32,000 nucleotides of DNA from positions 90,001 through 122,000 of the forward strand of contig NC_000909.1 in NCBI RefSeq assembly GCF_000091665.1. The letters are read 5' to 3'. How positions within the stretch are numbered: position 1 is the stretch's first letter; each line of letters begins with the position of its first letter. Below are positions 27,071 to 32,000 of the stretch, one piece after another. The position numbers were made by a program, and so were the translations under genes. The notes beneath the pieces are model-generated. The model ran no database searches and was not told the DNA's origin. It saw nothing but the letters and a program-made list of their open reading frames with translations. The DNA comes from Methanocaldococcus jannaschii DSM 2661 (GTDB lineage: Archaea > AGJL01 > Methanococci > Methanococcales > Methanocaldococcaceae).

Positions 27071-27852
27071 CCTTTCACCATTAGGCTTATATCTTCATGA
27101 GTCAATCTCTCTCCAAACCTAATCTTTTCTCTTAAAGAGAGTAGCCAGTTATCAACCTCATTTATTTTTCTTGAAATTTCCTTCTCTTCTTCAGTAGTTT
27201 CTATAATCTTCTGCATTCCTCCGTTTCTCATCACTATCCTTCTATCAGTCATTAAAGCCAAGACAGGGTCGTGAGTTATAACTAAAACAATCTTTCCATA
27301 TCCTGCCAATAACTCTAAAGCCTCATGCTTCTTTATTCCAGCGTTTTCAATCTCATCTATTAAAACTATGGGAGAATCGCTTATTACAGCTACATCAGCA
27401 ACCATTAAACTTCTTGACTGCCCTCCACTTAGGATTGTTAAGTTGTAGTCTTTCTTTATTGGCTCTCCTGTTAATCTATTTGCTAATTCTATGACTTCAT
27501 CAACAATATTTTCTCTATAAACTCCCCTACTCTTCGCATGCATTAAAATAAACTCCTCTACAGTCATGTCTGCTAAAAAATTCATGTTTTGAGATAGTTG
27601 GGCAATTCTTCTCTTTTTTGGGTCTCTTCTCATCTCTATTGGAGGAACTTCTCCATTAACTAAAATTCTTCTCTTGGAGATGGTATCTCCTTGAGCTAAC
27701 TGCTCTATATCGCTGATTAAATTTGATTTCCCACTTCCTGTTGGCCCAACAACACCGACAATCTCTCCTCTTTTTATTGTAACCTCCCTTACAGGTTCTG
27801 GATTGCCGTTCTTGTCATAACCACCGATAATTGTTATCTCCTTAATTTCCAT
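27067..27852 (-). CDS. ABC-type ATPase, AtwA-like
   Basis: [84 protein letters not shown]. Confidence 0.85.
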   Translation of the reverse strand: MEIKEITIIGGYDKNGNPEPVREVTIKRGEIVGVVGPTGSGKSNLISDIEQLAQGDTISKRRILVNGEVPPIEMRRDPKKRRIAQLSQNMNFLADMTVEEFILMHAKSRGVYRENIVDEVIELANRLTGEPIKKDYNLTILSGGQSRSLMVADVAVISDSPIVLIDEIENAGIKKHEALELLAGYGKIVLVITHDPVLALMTDRRIVMRNGGMQKIIETTEEEKEISRKINEVDNWLLSLREKIRFGERLTHEDISLMVKG

Positions 27853-28061
27853 ATTCCCATCCTAAAAATTATTTTTTCTTATAAGAAAAATTGATATATA
27901 TATTTACATTATAAGGTTATTTACAATTACTATTGGATAAACAGTTTTATATAATTTTTGATTTTTTGCAGAATAATTTAATCTATTAATTTAAATTAAT
28001 AAATATAAAAGATAAAAAAAGAAAACACCTCTTAGATGAAATTTATTTCTAAAAAAAGATG

Positions 28062-28181
28062 TATCTACCCTTGGAAAACCGTGGCCTTCATTGAAGCCAT
28101 AACGGCTACTCGGCACGGCCGCCTTGTGGGTAGAATGCCGAGGTGGTTTCATCCCCTGCGGAAGGTCGCCACCCGGGACAT
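28062..28181 (-). ncRNA. GC-rich structured RNA candidate
   Basis: GC island in AT-rich intergenic DNA. Paired segments ctcggca/tgccgag (28109-28115/28136-28142), ccgt/acgg (28079-28082/28102-28105), ggcc-ttc/gaa-gcc (28083-28098), ggtgg/ccacc (28142-28146/28169-28173), ctaccc/gggtag (28065-28070/28128-28133). TATA-like DNA upstream and a T-run downstream on the minus strand. Confidence 0.75.
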
Positions 28182-28230
28182 ATATTAATTTATGCAAATT
28201 GTGGTATATATATTTTATTCCAACAATTAT

Positions 28231-29157
28231 TTATTTCTCAAGCCAGCCAAAGTATTTTTCTATTATATACCAAGCTCCCTGTGGAGGAATTAACCCCACC
28301 TCTGTTATTATAGCATCTATATACTTAGCTGGTGTTACATCAAATGCGGGATTCCTAATTTTTATTCCTTTGTATTTATCTTCAAAAACTGCAACTTCCT
28401 CTGGGCTTCTTTCTTCTATCTCAATTAGCTCTCCAACTATAGTCTTTGGATGGAATTTGTATGTTTCAGCGGCTGTTAAAAAAGGTACTCTACTTTCATT
28501 TGCTATTAAAGCAATTTGTGAAGTTCCTATTTTATTTACAAGGCAACCATTTGCTGTTATGGCATCAGCTCCAACGACGACAATATCTATCTCTTTTATA
28601 AAGTACCTCACTGCAGAATCTACTATTAGGGTTACATCAATACCATAATCATAGAGGGTTTTAGCTGTTAAATATCCCTGATTTCTTGGTCTTGTCTCTG
28701 TGCAGAAAACTTTGATATCTTTTCCTTCATCGTAAGCAGTTTTTATAACGCTTATTGCAGCTTCAGAGTTGCAGTGAGTTAAGATAGTGTCTCCATCTTT
28801 TATTCTATTTGCTCCAAACTTTCCTATATTTTCAATTGCCTTTAATGATGAGTTGATGAATTCATCAGCTCTCTCTATAACTCTTTCTTTTGGATTTTCT
28901 TCATTTAAGCCCTTTAATACATACTTTACAACATTTGGTAGAGAAACAGCTGTAGGTCTTGCTGATATTAATATATTTCCTGCCTCTCTCATTTTATTTT
29001 TGAATTCTTCTTCATTTAAATGGCTAATTTTTAGAGCATATTCTTTTAATGCCTTAGCTGCTGCTCTTCCTATTCTCCCCGCCCCCCTAATCTCCATATT
29101 TTTGATTTTTTCATAGGTTTCTTTTATAATATCCATTTCACTCATTTTAAACACCAA
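28231..29157 (-). CDS. Ribose-1,5-bisphosphate isomerase (eIF2B-like family)
   Basis: GAGRIGRAAAKAL, ILTHCNSEAAISVIKTAY, FCTETRPRNQGYLTAKTL, DSAVRYFIKEIDIVVVGADAITANGCLVNKIGTSQIAL. Confidence 0.92.
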   Translation of the reverse strand: MVFKMSEMDIIKETYEKIKNMEIRGAGRIGRAAAKALKEYALKISHLNEEEFKNKMREAGNILISARPTAVSLPNVVKYVLKGLNEENPKERVIERADEFINSSLKAIENIGKFGANRIKDGDTILTHCNSEAAISVIKTAYDEGKDIKVFCTETRPRNQGYLTAKTLYDYGIDVTLIVDSAVRYFIKEIDIVVVGADAITANGCLVNKIGTSQIALIANESRVPFLTAAETYKFHPKTIVGELIEIEERSPEEVAVFEDKYKGIKIRNPAFDVTPAKYIDAIITEVGLIPPQGAWYIIEKYFGWLEK

Positions 29158-29191
29158 AAATTTATTTTAAATTAATTTTTTATCTCTTTTA

Positions 29192-29524
29192 TCATATAAG
29201 TTTTTGTATGATTTTTAATTCAATCTCATCACATTCATTCTTAGAAAAATAGTTTCTTAATTCGTTCTCAAACTTTATGCCATGGTTTATTGATTTTATT
29301 TTAAAGTGTATAAGTTCGTGTAATATTATATAGTGGAGAAGTTCCTCATCAAAATTTTCAACAACATATTTGTTTAATCTTAAAGTCTTTGTTTTAAAGG
29401 AAAATGAAGCAATTTTTTGTTTCATTGGTTTTATTTCTATATTTATGCTTTCATTGATATTTAATGAAATTAAAATTTCATTAACAATGTCTTTAATATC
29501 TTTTTTATTTTCATTGATTTTCAT
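29192..29524 (-). CDS. YgjP/WSS1-like (M48-type) metallopeptidase-domain protein
   Basis: YIILHELIHFKIKSINHGIKFENELRNYF: HExxH-like HELIH with a downstream H. Confidence 0.75.
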   Translation of the reverse strand: MKINENKKDIKDIVNEILISLNINESINIEIKPMKQKIASFSFKTKTLRLNKYVVENFDEELLHYIILHELIHFKIKSINHGIKFENELRNYFSKNECDEIELKIIQKLI

Positions 29525-32000
29525 AATTCTCTCCCCATATTTCTTTTAAGATGAATTCAGAAACTAAATTATCTGATAATTCAGCCACTTTTTTAGCGTC
29601 TTCATCTTTAATTTTTCCTTTTAGCTCTTTTAATAAATCTTCAAGTAATGCACATGACAATTCTTTTTTGAATTTTTTTCTTTGTAATTTTGATAATTTA
29701 TTTAAATTTTGCATTTTAGTAATTAGTTTTTCAGTATTTTCTAAGTTCAATTTAATATCTTGGTCTTTTAATATATTTTCGCCTATATAGGTGCTTATTG
29801 ATTCTTTTATTCTTTCAATTGATGATTTTCCTTTTATTTTTTTATCGTAGTTGTTTTTTAATTCCATAAGGTTTTTTATGGCGTTCAAATAAATTTTGTC
29901 ATCTATCCTCTTCATAATCCAGTCTCTTCTTAATCTTTCCAATCTTTCTAATATTTCCTTATATATTGGGTCGTGCTGTTTATCTAAGATGCTATTTTTT
30001 AAAATAAAATAGTAATTTGCTACTGCTCTTTTTATCTCTCTCTTTCCAATATTTTCTTTTAAAATCTTATCTAAATCATCAGGGTTGAGATTTATCTCTT
30101 CAATTACAGTTAAATCATCAACAAGCATTTTATTGTGTATAAATGATATTAATTCCTCCCAGAATTTTCTATTTGATTTCTTTTTTGGCTTTAGTTTTTT
30201 TATTAAGTAAGCATATATGAAGGATAGAAGTTCAATATCCTCAATATAAAAAATCTTTTGTGGATAAGAACCTAATGCTTTATAAAGTTTGATTACTGCT
30301 TTTAAATCATCTATAAGCTTTAAAATTCTCGCATTTTTTCCGTCTTCTGCATAAAATGCAATTAAATCCAATTTTTCTTTTAACTCATTGTTATTGAAAT
30401 CTTTGTTTTTTGTTAAAGTTTTAAGAGTATTTACATCTATGCTTAAATCCTCATCGTTAATTTTTAAATTTTTTAATGATTCTTTAACCATTTCTAACTT
30501 TAATTTAAATTCTTGGAAAATCTCATCAATTGAACTAATTAAATTGTTTTTGAAATCTTCCCTAATCTCTTCCTCCGCCAACATGTTGTATAATGCCATA
30601 GTTTCGGTTAAAACTTTAAATAATCCAACAGAATCAACTATTAAACCAAATTCTTTGTCTGGATATGGTCTGTTAGTTCTTGCTATTGCTTGTAGTAATC
30701 TATGCCCATACAGTGGTTTATCCAAATACATAACCTTTAATCTTGGAGCGTCAAAGCCTGTTAAAAGCATATCTGTAACTATCAAAATTTTTGGATTTTC
30801 TGAATTTAAGAATTCTTCTCTAATAATTTGGTTAATCTCATTAAAATCGTTAGAATTTCTTTCTTTTTTAAGTTTTTTCATGTATTCAATAATTTCTTTC
30901 TCTTCTTCGTTGTGGTGATATGTCATCACAACTTCAGCCCATTTCTCTGCCTCATCTCCAAACTTTTCTTTTAAATACTTATCAAGTGCTTTTTTAAATC
31001 TAACACACCCCAATCTATTGACTGCAACAACCATTGCCTTAAATTTGAAGTTTTCAGTATCTTCTTCTATCCTATCAACTATATATTTTGCAACTTTATC
31101 AATTCTTTTGGGGTTTAATAAAATTGTTTTTGATTTATTTATATATTTTGGAAGTTTTTTTCTATCAAATAGGTTAATATCTTCCCCCCTTTTAATCCAC
31201 TCATCAATAAATTCTTTTATATCTTCTTCATCCAATGTAATTTGAATTCCTTCTGATTTGATATCTCCTTCTTTTACAATTTGATAAGTTAATGGGAGGG
31301 TAAATTTGTCTTTTATGGAATCTCCTATGAAATACACATCTAAATAAAACTCTCCCTTTTCTGGATACGAAAATTCTGTAAATGTGTTTTTTTCATTTTT
31401 AAATACTGGTGTTCCTGTAAATCCAAATGTAATGGCATTTGGAAATGTTATTTTTCTCATACCTCCCAAAATTCCGTATTGTGTTCTGTGAGCTTCATCT
31501 ATCAGTATTAGAATATGTTTTCTTTTGATATTTCCTAAGTTTATTAGGTATTCTTCTTTTTTATCTTTATCTTTTAGTTTTTTTAGGTTTTCTATATGTT
31601 TTTTATATTCTTCAGGGTTTTTTTCTTTTAGATGTTTTAGATATATGAATGCCAATATTATTAAAAGGTCTTTTAATCCTTTTATTTTTCCTTCTTTTTC
31701 TTCTTTTTTTAATTTATCTTCAATTTTTTTGATAATCTCTTCAATGGGTTTTGATAAATCCAAATCTTCGTCATCTTTATCCTTTTCCTTATTATTATCC
31801 TTTTCTTTTTTACTTCTTTCATATTGAAATTTTTGTATTGTTGTTGTGTAAATACCCCTAACAATAACTTTATTACTTAATTCACTCATTTTTATTGATT
31901 TTATGACTTCATAAAGCTTATTTATGCTGTCAATTCTTTTTAAAATGGTTTTAAATTTTTTCTCTTGGATTGCTTCATAAAACTCTTTACTCTGCCTTTC
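29511..32000 (-). CDS. hsdR: Type I restriction enzyme R subunit (HsdR), N-terminus beyond the right edge
   Basis: LILIDEAHRTQYGILGGMRKITFPNAITFGFTGTPVF, ILIVTDMLLTGFDAPRLKVMYLDKPLYGHRLLQAIARTNRPYPDKEFGLIVD. My translation past 31889 stays open to 32000 (ERQSKEFYEAIQEKKFKTILKRIDSINKLYEVIKSIKMSEL...). Confidence 0.93.
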   Translation of the reverse strand, partial: ERQSKEFYEAIQEKKFKTILKRIDSINKLYEVIKSIKMSELSNKVIVRGIYTTTIQKFQYERSKKEKDNNKEKDKDDEDLDLSKPIEEIIKKIEDKLKKEEKEGKIKGLKDLLIILAFIYLKHLKEKNPEEYKKHIENLKKLKDKDKKEEYLINLGNIKRKHILILIDEAHRTQYGILGGMRKITFPNAITFGFTGTPVFKNEKNTFTEFSYPEKGEFYLDVYFIGDSIKDKFTLPLTYQIVKEGDIKSEGIQITLDEEDIKEFIDEWIKRGEDINLFDRKKLPKYINKSKTILLNPKRIDKVAKYIVDRIEEDTENFKFKAMVVAVNRLGCVRFKKALDKYLKEKFGDEAEKWAEVVMTYHHNEEEKEIIEYMKKLKKERNSNDFNEINQIIREEFLNSENPKILIVTDMLLTGFDAPRLKVMYLDKPLYGHRLLQAIARTNRPYPDKEFGLIVDSVGLFKVLTETMALYNMLAEEEIREDFKNNLISSIDEIFQEFKLKLEMVKESLKNLKINDEDLSIDVNTLKTLTKNKDFNNNELKEKLDLIAFYAEDGKNARILKLIDDLKAVIKLYKALGSYPQKIFYIEDIELLSFIYAYLIKKLKPKKKSNRKFWEELISFIHNKMLVDDLTVIEEINLNPDDLDKILKENIGKREIKRAVANYYFILKNSILDKQHDPIYKEILERLERLRRDWIMKRIDDKIYLNAIKNLMELKNNYDKKIKGKSSIERIKESISTYIGENILKDQDIKLNLENTEKLITKMQNLNKLSKLQRKKFKKELSCALLEDLLKELKGKIKDEDAKKVAELSDNLVSEFILKEIWGENYENQ

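Noticed and set aside
27875-27896. Palindrome TTTTTCTTATAAGAAAAA upstream of the AtwA-like gene
   Set aside because: Short, AT-only symmetry expected in this composition; no second copy noticed.
28124-28648. 174-aa plus ORF
   Set aside because: Starts inside the structured RNA candidate and is antisense to the well-supported ribose-1,5-bisphosphate isomerase gene.

Overview
The window is AT-rich archaeal chromosome from a hyperthermophilic methanogen. Protein content and gene order look like Methanocaldococcus, roughly the M. jannaschii MJ0096-MJ0124 neighbourhood; that comparison is from memory, not a search. It carries aIF2-beta, L37e, a NIL/ferredoxin plus HcyBio-CBS pair, SRP54, a UbiX-like protein, a radical SAM protein with an Upf1/Dna2-like helicase, a PAC2 protein, a DHPS-like protein, pyruvate kinase, IMPase/FBPase, a SemiSWEET-like protein, SecD, CdhE, CdhD, methanogenesis marker 9, ArfB, Nop10, aIF2-alpha, a possible methyl-CoM reductase maturation cluster, ribose-1,5-bisphosphate isomerase, and a truncated type I restriction HsdR. 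There are three tRNAs: Met(CAT) with a 35-nt intron, Leu(GAG), and Sec(TCA). There are two small CRISPR loci with matching leaders. The main unexplained signal is a family of modular hairpin-chain elements (about 785-1044, 7200-7420, 7725-7802, 11640-11836, 20258-20331, and a related one at 16529-16610). They share two cores with compensatory stem changes. Their right ends sit at or near gene 3' ends. In four cases the element separates a gene or tRNA 3' end from a second, diverged copy of the same 3' end (tRNA-Met, tRNA-Leu, SemiSWEET gene, CdhD). This suggests a small non-autonomous element inserted at gene 3' ends with duplication or reconstitution of the end. I do not know of a description of it, and a literature and database check is needed. 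A GC-rich structured ncRNA candidate lies at about 28062-28181. A shared TTTTGAAAGATACTATA-type inverted motif occurs at 1555-1628, 2123-2137 and 4840-4942.
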